Shown: one piece after another, positions 37,498 through 50,310 of the stretch
How the letters are laid out: every line of letters begins with the position of its first letter
Numbering within the stretch: the first letter of the stretch is position 1
Notes under the pieces: generated by a model
The model's database searches: none
The model's input: only the letters and a program-made list of their open reading frames with translations
Told to the model about the DNA's origin: nothing
Program-made: the position numbers and the translations under genes
Source of the DNA: Tubiluchus corallicola
Taxonomy: Eukaryota > Animalia > Priapulida
Direction of reading: 5' to 3'
DNA length: 64,000 nt
NCBI GenBank assembly: GCA_030141605.1
Contig: JAQGDQ010000002.1
Coordinates: forward strand, 3,038,001 to 3,102,000

Positions 37498-40400
37498 CTA
37501 CGGGTACTGTTCTGACGACACATTTGCTTTAGCTAGGGCTTCCTTGAGAAATGAGAGATAAGCTGCAGTGACTGGGTCTTGAAATCTAAAAACAAGAAAA
37601 AACATTTAAAGACCAGTTAGTACATATAGACTTACATGGTATTTAAGGCACTAAAACTAGAATTTTAACATGAAAATAATAATTTGTGTAAATGATAAGG
37701 ATCAAGTGTCTCTTGCTGATCAATGCTGTACAGCTCAAATACATTGTTCAAGTTCACATCAAAAAGACTTCAGGCAAAGCACACTTGAAAAAATGAGCAA
37801 TACTTTTTAAGCTAGGAGAAGACCATTAATATAGCTCAGTACATTTCTCTGGAAAGTTTGAATCATTTTACAGCTAGTCCCAGAAAACAACAAACAGTCA
37901 CTTGTCAGATAGTCTGATGATTTACTTGGTTAAGCTACATTAATGGGCTGATACTTCTCAAGCTCACAGCTTACATTAGTTACCTGAAAGTCGCAACTAT
38001 CTATAAAAATGACAAACCAATTTTTGAAGTATCATTTAATTATTTATGTCTTTTGTAAAGACAACTGAAAGAAAAAACTTAGCTATTTACTAATGCAACT
38101 ATACAATTGATGATTAAATAAAAGACCAAAACCATAAAAAAAGTGATGTCACTGCCCTCAAGTGGTGAAGCCACCTCTCCATGAGAATAATACTGAGCCA
38201 TAACTATGCGGCATTAACTTCTACCCTGACTTACAAATTCTCACAACTGCGCAAGTTTGTGCTTTCACTAGTCTGTACATTCCGATTTTAAATACCATAA
38301 TTAAATTTATGCACTCAGCATCACTTCTCATTAAAGATAAAAATAATATTCAGAATAATGAAACAGAAATAGGAAATATGTCTCAGTGGATAAGAAAGGA
38401 AGTGATCAGAATTTACTAACATAGTGAGAAAACTGCTATTCATTTCTGCTTCATCCAGCAAGTCATTAGCATTTATGTGATGCAAAACAGTTCCATTAGG
38501 TGTCAGCACTATAGTTTCTACAGGAAACTTGTATGCCCTGAGCATGGCTGCTGCCACTACACTGATAGCAGAAGTATTATCTTCACGGATGTAAGTCTGA
38601 AAATACAAAGCAATGTTGTATTATATAAAACAAAATGGATAACAAGATCCAAAGTGAAATGAAACTAAAAGCTGGTAAACTTTTTAAAAAAATGCAATGC
38701 AGACTTTAGACATACCCGTAAATGATAACACTCTTGTGTTATCATTTACACAAGAAAGTTGAAATTTGAAAAAAAAATTAGAAGCAAAATTAAAGTTAAA
38801 TAAGTAGATTTAGATGTAGTAGACAATACTTATAAAAATTAGGCTAAAGACTGAATACAAATAAGCTTAAAGAACTGCACCAGAAATATGAGTGTTTCAA
38901 TGCTAGTTTAGAATAGAATTTAATTTAACAATTTAAAAGCGAACGTGTTGTACAAATGCTTTCTACTTCCGAGTAAAAATGAACCCATTGGCTATAGATA
39001 TTAGATAGTTCTACATTTTTAAGCTTAAAACACACATTAAACAAACCTCCAGTTCAGCAACTAATGACCATGAGCTGACAAATGATTCTTTTAGAATGTT
39101 AATTACGGGCGGACTAGCGAGAGCAACATCACGCAAAGTCCGCCCACTTCCTCAGCATGACTGGTCATCTAGCGCACCCCACAACAACACGAAGTGAATG
39201 AGTTGATGGCTAGATACATGTTCGAGAGCTTCTTCTAATGAATAGTATTTAATCTGAAATGTGAAAATTCAATTAAAACAAAACAAAAATGGTTGTCTTG
39301 TGAAACTCTGAACAAATATCTAGGAAATAAGATTAAATTTAAATCTAGTTAGTTATGTTAGCTTTAAATACTTTTACCCTTTCAGTGAAGTAGATGTATC
39401 AACTTTTCCTGTTTATCTTATTGAGTCCATTAAGTTTTCATAAAGCTAATTTTATCAACAGACTAGTAATCATTTGCAAGATTGTCTTTTTAATAAAATT
39501 TGTATTTTCATAGAAAAATTAGTTATCAATTTAACACATTAAACTTTTTTTGACAACAGCTCGAGTTGCTTTTCAAACAGTCTGGAGGTCACAAATCTAA
39601 TTTTGAGCAACTTTCCTTCAGGCTAAAACGATTTAAGTCATCTCTTGCAACAAACAGTCGGATTCTACAAAGTGCTTCGATGTTTAGCTGTTCTTCTTTG
39701 GAGTGATGATCACAGTCAAGAAATAATGGTGTATGCTTGACTGCAAAGTCAAGCATTGCCAAGTTTTTTTTGCTTATTGGATAAGCGACCACAAGAAATA
39801 CTAATGTGTATGGTAGTCCAAGTATTTTTATCACTCAGAGAGAGTCTTTACACACCCAACATGGTCAAGGCATAACATATCTGCCAGTCAGCAAGTTCAT
39901 TGTCTGATTTCAGGAAATATGATTGATAAAAACTAGATTCTAGTTCTGCAACACTATTAACAATTAATAGTAGACCTGGTGCTTTTAGTGCCAGATACAG
40001 AACTGCATTAAAATTATTTGTGTGCCCACTCGAAATGCAGGTTGATTAAATGGCCTGCAACAAGATGTTATTTTTCTGGCTAGAATACCTTGCAAATCTG
40101 TTACTAAAAAATTTGAGTTGCATCACCTCATAAGCTTTAATGAAAGAGTAAGACCAAACAAACAAATCGACTCACCATACAATTACTCAGTTATGCCTGG
40201 CAACCATTGAGCACTTACCTATATACCTACATTTTGTACTCTGACGGTGCTTGCACTCATGCTCTTATTATATAAAATGCAATTATAATTGATACATCTA
40301 CAAACTACAAATTTTGACAAAATTTCAAGGACTCGTTCATTCCACTGAGAGCACAAACACAAGTTTGATTAATTGTAAGACTGTATAATGTTGTCAAAGA

Positions 40401-43400
40401 TAATAACTGTTGTACTGGCCTTGCAAAAAATTGAAAAAATAGATCATTTGTAGATGGTGCTTGCCCCACTCCAGCTGAAAACTAATTGACATGGACACCT
40501 TTTTTGGACAGTTGAGGTTGTGCTGACGTACTTGATTAAAATGGAAAGTAAAAACTTTCCATATTTTTTGTGCAATGTGTTTTAACACTTAAAACCTATT
40601 AGACATCATTTGCCATCCTAAGTAAACAAATGCAGATGGGCGTCTAGGAAAGTCTTTAAATTTTGTACATCATTTTAAGCACTTGAATAAATTGTAAAAT
40701 CTCTTGTCTAACCATCGAAAAACAAGGCGAAAAGATTTTCTATGCTGCCTCCGAGAACGCGAGTAGAAAACGTTATGTAGTTTTTTGCAATATGCTCAAA
40801 AAATGTTATTCTTCAGTAGCTAAATTCCACAAAATGCATACTGTTTTTTATATTTTTTGCAAATAGGTACTATATTAGTTGTTTCAATGCCACAGAGAAA
40901 TTAGCTGAAACTTCAAAGCCAGGTGCTGTGCATTTTGTGTAACTGTGAACCAGTTTTTGCAAATAACTTAGACTATCAATACACAGCTAACAATTATCAT
41001 ATAAATAAATCTATAGTGGGATTTGTAGGTCGTGAAAAGATAAACAAAATGGCATAAAGTCTGTATGTTTAGCACATTCCCAAAAAAGTATACAAATGCT
41101 TAAAAGTGGGCATTTTTGCACTGTCATTGCAGAAATCCCTGTTTCTCAATGTCTAGCTTCTAAATATTAATTAAAGCTTTTAAAAACACTGATGAATATT
41201 TAATTGAATTTTTGTTTTGTCAGTGTGGTTGATGCAAACCGCCTAAAAAAAAATCTTGAAAACCAAACTCACTTCTTTAAATGGATACATATGAGCTGCC
41301 AACAGTTCTTTTGCCTCACTGAAAGTGATTTCCTTCTCCCAAACCAGTTTCTCTGCTTCCTTATGTTCCAATGGCACAAAGCGGTGGTCTTTTTTCACGC
41401 CATTCACCTCTTCGCAAGCAGGTGCAGATGGCGCGGTGGAGCGCAGCTCCATTTGGGCAAGAAAGCCAATGTCTACCTCCACGTTTTCGGAATCGCTAGG
41501 TCCATTAAGCCATTCCATATCTGCAAAAGGGAATTATCAAAATACGTTACCACCGAAATTATGCCTTTCATTCACGATACACTACATAGACTTTTCAGAC
41601 ATATAGCCCTGTCACGATGATCAAAATTCAAAGATCATAAAATAATGTGATGAAAAATGCACTATATAAACTCACCAACATTGAGTTGCCTGTCATTTGG
41701 AACAAACAAGTGAAAATCTAAGATTTTTGTGGAATCTCGATTTAGCGTCACGTGACCTGTGAACTGCGCTGGAGTGAACCAGAAGGGATAATGAGGAAAA
41801 TGATTGAGCTGGTATTCCGCATGAATTCTGAAATAAAGATCTGACATTTTGCGAAAATCTAAAAATTTCTGTCTACTTCTCCAAATTGAGTGAACATCAG
41901 TGTACCTTATTGGACATAATATTATATGACACATTGTTTATGAATGAAGATAATGCTTGACATTGAACACTACTGGACAGAACACAAAAGATATTTTTTA
42001 ACAGCAATTAATACTTGTCTACATGTTAGTTTTGAAATTGTTAGTATTTCATAGGCCAATGGAAAACGGCCAATTTTAGCACTTTATAAGTGATGAGTAT
42101 AAAAGGTTAAGGATGTCATGAAGTTATGCCAGAACCAGAGCTTCGAAATCGAATCTGAATTGGAGCTTTGATTCGATTCACTGAAGTTCTTATGTCACTT
42201 TAGATACGACACAATTTTGCAAAGTTTAAAAAAAATCAGTTTAGCTTTGGCTGCAGCGGCAATTCAGTATCACTTATTACAAAAGCAATTATACGTTCTT
42301 TTACATTTAAGTTTTGTGGGGAAAATATTTAAATCGCAGGTTTTTTGATAATTTTCTCTTATTTGAAATAAGCAAATGTCGCATTATTTAGTTTCAGTAG
42401 GTATCCGTCTCATGAAATCCTACGCGAAAGCACGCACCACATTACAATTTTAACTGCTAGTTTCAACAAAAATGCTAAGTGTTTAATATTGCAGAATAAC
42501 TGTCAGTCGTGCTGCTTACTGCTCAGTCAGGCCATCTGCAATCCTTTTTCATGAAAATCACTGCTGGCTGCCATAATTTGATTAAAAATTGCATAGATTT
42601 AGATTAGAATAAAATTGGGTTTAGAAACGAGTTTAAAAAATCCAGATTTGAAGTTGATTCGGTTTCAAAAATTATTTTAAATTTTTCATCCCTACACCAA
42701 AGCAAGGGGTAAAATTGGTTGTACTATAAAGTGAGGTATTCTTTATCTCACATTTATCTGCAATACCGAGCACTTATTCAAAAATTTTTGAATCTAGATA
42801 TATCGGGAAATATATGAAAGCTTAATTTTTAAATGATCGCGTCTGTATGCAGAGGAAATATGCAAACATATCTGAAAGTCGCCGAGATACCTCTGCTAGT
42901 TTAGTTCAAAGACAGCCTTATTAATCATTCATGTTTCAGTTTTACTATGACCATCCAATTTGAATAAAATTTGCATTTGAACTTTCATTAAAAAATTGCT
43001 ACTCAAACAGTTTGCAATAAAAAAATTTAATTTGCATCAACTCAGCCAACTCGAATCTAGTTATTCGTTTCACCTTCTACGTCTTACTTGTTGCCCATTA
43101 CTATAATATTCACTACTTACCACTAAGTATTCAGTTGCATACCTAAACACAACATCAATATACTGCTCACTTACAGCTCGTACTACTGCCATAGAGCCCT
43201 GTGGACTAAATCTAGTATATAAGAAGACATGGGGATGAAACATAGCAAGCAGTCTGTGTAACGTCACCTAAAATGAAGAAAGCCCTTTTTAGATGTTATC
43301 AGTACTAATTTGGTCTTTCATGCAGAGGCTTTCATTTTTTTGCCTTTTCTTTTATCGCGAATACATTCAGCAAAATAGTTCCGTAAAGATTAATAGAAGC

Positions 43401-46379
43401 ATGTTATACAAATTAAATATTACAATTGTATGTTTGTTTGGTTGTTTTTGCCTGTTATGGCAGTAAGCCCACTAAACACCAACTGTCCAATAGATTTCCA
43501 TGAATCTTTATGGAGAAGGTGGGTATTAAGTGCCAAAATGGGAATCTTTTCACCAGTTCCTTTTTTGGCAAAACTTGACCGAACACCACGTACAAAAAAA
43601 ACATTCGTGAAACACTTTGTGAAGGTCTCAGAGGGAGTGTTTAGTACCTTTTTTGTTATCTCTATCTGGACAAACAACTACAGAGATCTACATCCTACAG
43701 AGCACAATCTAGTTTTATTATAGAAATCAGTTGCATCAATATAACATATTTGCCATTTTTTTCTATTTTTCCATTTGTGCCATTTTTCTCCGTGCAATTT
43801 TTAAATACTTTTCCATTTCTGCCATTTCTTCCGGTGCCATTTTTACCCATGCCATTATTTCCCCGTGTCATTTTTTCAGTGCCACTTTTACTGCGTACCA
43901 TTTCTGTCACTTAAGTGTCGTATTTCACTCGATTGTATTTGATAACAAGTTAGACTCTGATACTGCCAGATTCCTACTTCAGTGCTCTCGTCAAGTTCTT
44001 TTTTTACTCAAAAATTAACAATAACCACAAACATTTTAAGCCCGTATTAACTCTACAAAGAAGCTGGGCAAACAACTCCATGGCAGATTTCATTCTAGGA
44101 ACAGTTAGCCAGTAAGTCTTATTATGCATAAAGACAGCACCTCCTCAACATTAACAGTATAAAGAATATAAAAATAATATAAAATAGCATAAAACACTAT
44201 AATAAATAAACAAAAATAAATTCTAGTTCTAAAAAATTATAATTCTAATTAAGTTAAACAATTAAGTTAATTCTAATTAATTAAACGATAATTTTGGTCG
44301 TTTTCGTAAATTAAAATACAGTTAATGACATTAACAGTAAAACTATTGAGTATTGATTATTTCCATTGAGACATCCAAGGTCTTAGTGGCTAGTAGGTAT
44401 CAGAGATGCATGGATAGCATATTTGCAGACATGTCAATGTGGAATCTGCACTAATTTTGTGATTTTGAGTACCACGGATGGCGAATTTTTTTGTGGATAT
44501 GCAGATCGCAGAATTTTAATGCCTGAATTGTAAATTTTACCCGAAATTGCAATGCACATGTAGCATAAGATTTTAACTGTTTACATAAAAACTTTACGGA
44601 ATTTCACTAAAATATTTTGTTTGTAACAATAATGGTTTGCGACATTGTGGTGTGGTGTGAGTTGTCGTTGTTGGTTTATGAGCAAAATTCTTTTGTTTAA
44701 TTTCTCGCTTATAAAACTACTTTGCAAGGGTAAAAGTGATATCCATGCATCTCCGTAGGTAGATGTGCAAGCAGCATGATCAACATTTTTATACTTTCAT
44801 CACAAAAGGTTTCGGTGCAGTTTGTTGCTTGTACACACTGAACTAGTTATAAGTTAATACTCATAGAAAATGAAATTTGAAAGTGCAAAGGAATCACTAG
44901 TAAATCCCAAAGAAAGCAAAAATGTTGAATACAAAAATAAAAGCAGTCAATGACTCACTTCCATTTCGTGCACGCGTGGAGGAAAGTATCTGTTGCTTGA
45001 CAACTGACCACCTGTTAAGGATATTGAAGATTTCACCAAATTCCAAACATGACCAACCTCAAAATGACCATCAACTGGAACAAAAATTGAATAATGCTTG
45101 GCAGCGAAGTTTAGCCATTGCTTGGTGACGCCTGTCCAATCTTTAAGACCTTTAAGAGCATCCAAGTGGCCCTGCCAAAAAAGCATCATCGAAAAAGAAC
45201 TATCAGTAACAGCCATTTACTGATAAATGCCAGTTATTTCAGAGAAATATACCAGGTCCAGTATACTAGGTAATAGTGAAAATAAACATTATAAGACCTA
45301 ATTTCACTATTTTCCTAACCGTTTCTAAGTTTTATATGCTTCACAAACTAAGCAATATACCTTTTTACCATATATATGCCATTTTTTGTCGAACAAAATC
45401 TTAAATTGTATCTAACACATTAATACGCAAATTTCTGAATGTGTGACATCAACGAAACAAAGAATAACCAATTGACATGCACAAAATTATTACTCACTGG
45501 GACACTGTATGATGAAGCAGAGTCTTTGCTCATTGTTGACAAGTTTATTGGCAGAAAGTATGACTTTATGGTAATCATCTGATCACTCAAGGAAATCTGT
45601 TGGTCATATTCAAATGGTTTCTAAAATACGAAAAGTTTGTAACATAAATTTATGTAAAAATAAGGAACTAGTATAAAAGTGGTTGATGTTCACCACTAAA
45701 AATGTTACAATGTACTCTACATCTGAAAAAGAAACTTTTGAAGCTGTAATGAGAAACATTTGTAGCTGTAATGACAATTTTATTAATATTAATATCAATT
45801 CTGTTTCATTAGCTTTTCTATGTTTTTATATCACGAGGAAGCAACATTCTCTTATACAAATAAGCAAACTTGTAAAAACTATGGCAAAAATATTACCGTA
45901 ACATTTTCTTCTCGTAACAGATGAGCAAGTGGCTCAAATTCTTCCAAACTCAAAACACCATCATCATTGCGATCATATTGTCGAAAGAGAATCAAGCCAT
46001 CCAGACCTATGTTATTAATAATATCGGGGTTGAGACTTTTGTCTTGATGTCTGGATAAAGAAGTTGGACATACAAAAAAGAACATCCAGGAAACCATCAA
46101 TAATAAAACAGTAAGTAAAAGAGGACAGCACAACTTCCAATGTCTGAGTACATCACTATTTGAGAAAATCCTCGAGCCTGCGACATTATCAAGAGTTGAG
46201 TTTAAAGTATGTCCTTCATTTGTCCTTTTCACAACTGAAGTACCTTCATTGTAGTCTGCTACAGTGTCTTTTTCACATGGGCAAAACTGGCTTGATTGTT
46301 GTGAGGCACCTTCTTCTGTAGACAGTGGCGAGTTTGTATGGCTGGCCTTTCTTTTTCGTACAACAAACTCTTTTGCCAT
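37498..46379 (-). CDS. SELENON: Selenoprotein N (~604 aa; TM anchor, EF-hand, SCUG motif with Sec encoded by TGA 39154-39152)
   Basis: Exons 46379-45897, 45620-45498, 45171-44959, 43267-43143, 41827-41676, 41520-41273, 39253-39047, 38596-38421 and 37585-37498 (1815 nt in frame; alternative ATG at 46385). Motifs: EF-hand [111 protein letters not shown]. Confidence 0.97.
39107..39145 (-). promoter_or_regulatory. Selenocysteine redefinition element (SRE) hairpin in the SELENON CDS
   Basis: Starting 6 nt after the UGA, GGGCGGACU (39145-39137) pairs perfectly with AGUCCGCCC (39115-39107) around a 21-nt interior that can form an upper stem GCG.GA/UC.CGC. Confidence 0.88.
42108..42694. mobile_element. 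Degenerate hAT-like MITE in a SELENON intron
   Basis: TAAGGATG...CATCCCTA ends with subterminal TTCGA/TCGAA repeats; no TSD recognisable. Confidence 0.45.
43750..43915. repeat. Degenerate ~15-bp tandem array (consensus GTGCCATTTTTACCC), probably a transposon subterminal repeat
   Basis: About ten imperfect GTGCCATTTT units; this array creates the spurious GKNG-repeat ORF 43695-43910. Confidence 0.7.
44401..44755. mobile_element. hAT-like MITE in a SELENON intron
   Basis: TIRs CAGAGATGCATGGATA...TATCCATGCATCTCC(G); TSD-like GTAGGTAT/GTAGGTAG. Confidence 0.75.
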
Positions 46380-47518
46380 ATTCATAACTAGAAGTTGTAT
46401 GTGTGATATGTGCCGGCAATATTCTAAACAATAAAACAATTATCAATTACACATTAAAAAAACAAGCTGTAGGATGACAAGCTGTAGTTTGATTTCTTGT
46501 CAGCAAAGCCACATGGTAAATCAATTACAATTAATAATACAATAATGACACAGACTGACATGAACTTTCTGGTTAAAGCTGAATGCAGTGTTTGCTGTAA
46601 CAGTCAGTAGTATAACCCCATTAATTAATTAAAAGGCTCAGTGCCAGACTGACAATGGCCGGATATTCACAACAAGAAAATGTGGTACTTTTCTAGGAGA
46701 CGTTCTAGCGATTCGGAATCAAATCTCAACGACTGGTGTCAGTTTCAAAAAAAATAAATAAATAAATAAATTTTATCTGAGGTGTCTCGGTAAGCTTGTG
46801 TTGTTAAAGGAGTACAAGCACTTTGCTTACAGTAATAACTATTATTATATAATTTACTAAGCATATTTAAATTAAATCATCATTTAAATAAGAGAAGTTT
46901 GAATGTGCATCATTAAGAACTACTTATTTAAAGGAAAACAGGATGATTCTTCATATCACATCTCATTTTGAAGTATGGTAAAAACTATTTTAACAACTAT
47001 AATACGGCAAAGCATTTCTGATAATTAAATAATAATAATTAAATTACATATCAAATAATATAATAATTAATTAAATAAGAAATGTGTTTATGATAATCAC
47101 AACTATTTCGATATAGTTTCAGATAAAAAGCTTTCAAATAATATAGGTGTGTAAATGCATATTGTGTATAAAAACAATGGTCCATAACCATTTTTGTGCA
47201 CGGAAAGAGTTGAAATCCATTTTATAGAACAACTGAGTAATGTTCATTTTATGCAAACTAGTTTGCAATCATATTGCAAAAGAAACACTCTGAGAGTTGA
47301 TCACTCTCAACACAAAGAAATAGTTTTGCAAGCATTCTGGGCTTTTATTCATGGAATCCCATTTTGGAAATCTTTTAGGTGCAACAACTGAAAGAAAGAA
47401 AATAATGACTCTTTTGTTAGTACGGGCATAGAAGTTTGTGCTACATATTCTCAATAATGACTGAAAAACTTCTGGTTAGTTTGTTTCAGGTTGTATTTTA
47501 AATTATGATATCAGAGAT

Positions 47519-47947
47519 TAGGGCTGTAATGATAACCCTAAGTTATGATACAATACATATCACGATACTAACCTCATGATACACATTGAATTAATGTTTG
47601 CAGGTTTTAATAAAAAACTATTGATTTAAAATATGCTGGTGCATTTTCTAGTCCACATTTGCTGCAAGTCATTTTAGATACTTATAAGCAAAAACGTAAT
47701 TAGCCTATTATGCATTATTATAAACACATTGCACCTACTTATCAGGTCTACCTGTGTCAAGGCTAAGCTGCCTACATATATGCTGCACTGATTGTTACGC
47801 TACAGCTTAAATTATTTTACACTGTTTTTAGCATCGGACAGTCAAGTTTGTGTTAAATATCAATGATTCACATTATTGCGATACTGGTGCAATTTGACAA
47901 TACGCATATCGTTACAAAGGGTATCACGATGCATCGTTACAGGCCTA
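47519..47947. mobile_element. hAT MITE (429 bp)
   Basis: TIRs TAGGGCTGTAATGAT...ATCGTTACAGGCCTA with a perfect 8-bp TSD TCAGAGAT at 47511-47518 and 47948-47955; subterminal (C)GATAC repeats. Confidence 0.9.
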
Positions 47948-48414
47948 TCAGAGATATTATATCCGTCTTTGAACAGCCACTGCATTAGTATGATAATTAC
48001 ATAATGGAGTCTATACTCACTAGAACAGAATGAAAAGAAACTGAATTTAAAAAATTTCATAGAAAACATGAATAAAAAAAACAGTCTCTGCAACAAGCGC
48101 TTGTCATCTAGCAAATTATACCAAAGCAGAACAAAAATTGTGTAATAATTATAGATTTCTCATAGACTTTCCAATGGGTTTGTTCCAGGAATTCATCACA
48201 AAAATATAAAAGAATACAAAAAATTAATAGTCTGACTACAGGAAACCTGTTTTTAAAAACAGCACTTGAGTCATAATAATCAGTTAATGGCTCAAGTTCA
48301 AGTTCATTAACAAATGTATTCACTGCATATCACATCACATTTTTTGCATATACAAACTGATTCCAGCAAGGCCAATGGCCATTCAAGGTAAGGGGCTACA
48401 TACTGAGGATTTTA

Positions 48415-48975
48415 TTTTTCAGGCCAATAGACGCGTTGGAATGGTAAAACGCTGCATTTTATCACTTAGGGCAAAAGTTCTTGTACCACTTTATAAAGCT
48501 GTAGTTAGACCAATACTTGAGTATGCATGTATTGTGTGGTCACCACAGTATGTTACTCTTAAAAATGCCTTAGAAAGAACTCAATGGAGGTGTATCAGTC
48601 TGGCCTCTGATATTCAACTTGATTCTGAATCTGCTCTTAAACAACGCCGTGATACTATAGATCTTATTAACTGTTATAAAGTCATTAGTGGTAGTTCTAT
48701 TTCGCGCAGCGACAAATTTTTTTCTAGACCACTACGTGATTTGCGTGGACACAATTCTAAATTATTTGTACAATGTTCTCGCACTAATATCAGAGCCCAT
48801 TTCTTCTCTTCTCGTGTTGTGGGCACTTGGAATTCATTTAATAGTGAAACAGTTGACGCATCAAATCTGTCGCAATTTGTTGAGGAGAGACCGTCAATAA
48901 CTGCGTTATGGTTAGGTCTCTTAAACTTCGCAAACAAGATATTACCTGTTCATCATCAAGCAAGACGAACCATCT
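48415..48975 (+). mobile_element. 5'-truncated CR1/L2-group LINE (ORF2 C-terminus)
   Basis: LYKAVVRPILEYACIVWSPQ...LERTQ...RRDTIDLINCYKVI...FF...LRGHNSKL...RAHFFSSRVVGTWNS is the typical post-RT C-terminal region of CR1-group LINEs; the RT core is absent. Boundaries approximate. Confidence 0.9.
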
Positions 48976-50149
48976 TTTCAAACAGACATTATTTTAATAA
49001 GTAGGTGAAGTGATTATCAAAGTGTAAAAAGACGTGCATATTCTGTGGTCCATATTCTTTGTGATTATCGTGTATTTACTATGCGCAAAGTGTATCATTT
49101 TACTAGGGCACTACTCGCGACCTCGCCCTGTACATCACTCGGCTAATGTAGCATCTTGCCACTTGCCAGTTTCATTTTGCCAATGTATCATTTCGCGTTT
49201 TCTGTCGTTCGCTAGCGTATTTTTCACCAGTCCATCATTTTGTCAGTCTATTATTTCACCAGTCTATCACTTTGGCAATCAGACAAGGTATCACTTTGTC
49301 ATCTATAACTTTTCTAGTTTTTTACTTCGCCCATACATATCATTTTGTCTGTATATATTAGAAACAACGTGATAACCATTTGAGCAGTGGTATCCAGTCT
49401 ATCAGTTCGCTAGTGTATTATTTTATCATTATTTATTGCATATACATTTTTTTACTAGACTATCATTAGGGGTGAACATAGAAAGTTCGAGTTAGATTCG
49501 AACATTCGAATTCGCTTCGAGCCTAAAATATCAGATTCGAGTAATTCAGCACTTCAACTACGTATGTTTTTTATCATTAAAAGGCTTGAAACGTCATGCA
49601 ATTAGCACAGTTTAGCTGCAATTTTTGTGCCCAATTTTTAAACAATTAAATTATTTGTGGTTTTACTGCAAAAACAAAAACTAGTAATATGCATTATTTT
49701 TGTAAGACCGCTTTTTACCTGTGGTTTAAAAACTTGTTCGAAAATCTTTCAGATTCAATTCGAGTTTGATTCGATTCAAATAAGCCTTTCCACAGTTCCA
49801 GCAATTGCCGATGATCGTGAAAAGGGCAAAAGTTAAGTGTACCAAACAACACATCTAGGTACACTTGACAACGCCTCGCAGCCCATGCTATTGTAATAGT
49901 GTAATTCAAAAACTTTTCATCTGGTGTCATCAATTCTTTTTTCTGCTGTTACAATATCAAATTATAACAGGTGAGTGACTAGATGACCTACGGTCTTTCC
50001 ACGCCCCATCTCCACGGATAAAGTTATTTTTTCATAAAATGCAAATTTGTGACACATTTGGAGAAAATAAATGTCTGTGTCTATGGATGATCCCAAGCAA
50101 GATCCCACGCAGACTAAGGCATAATTAAGTAAAGTCCAAGTAAAGTGAC

Positions 50150-50310
50150 TGACGTTACTCGACTGGGCTTTGCTTTACCCACATGTCACGTGAGGATTGT
50201 AGCTTAAGACGTGTTGCTGTGGTACACTTAACCTTTGACCTACTGCAACTGCGCGTGCGCACAACGAAAAGGCTTATTCGTCTTCTGGTAGAGAATGCTC
50301 ACCCCCACCT
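50150..50310 (-). promoter_or_regulatory. Putative SELENON promoter and non-coding first exon
   Basis: CpG-rich patch with GTCACGTGA (50185-93), DR1-like AGGTCAAAGGTTA (50241-50229), NRF1-like TGCGCACGCGCA (50261-50250) and the shared 22-mer (50283-50304). The SELENON ATG is preceded by an acceptor (CTTCTAG, ~46388), implying an upstream UTR exon; candidate donor GTAAAG at ~50178. Confidence 0.45.

Noticed and set aside
39560-40620. Possible decayed hAT transposase C-terminus in a SELENON intron
   Set aside because: Only faint frameshifted similarity ([14 protein letters not shown]) and no TIR or TSD identified; needs tBLASTn.
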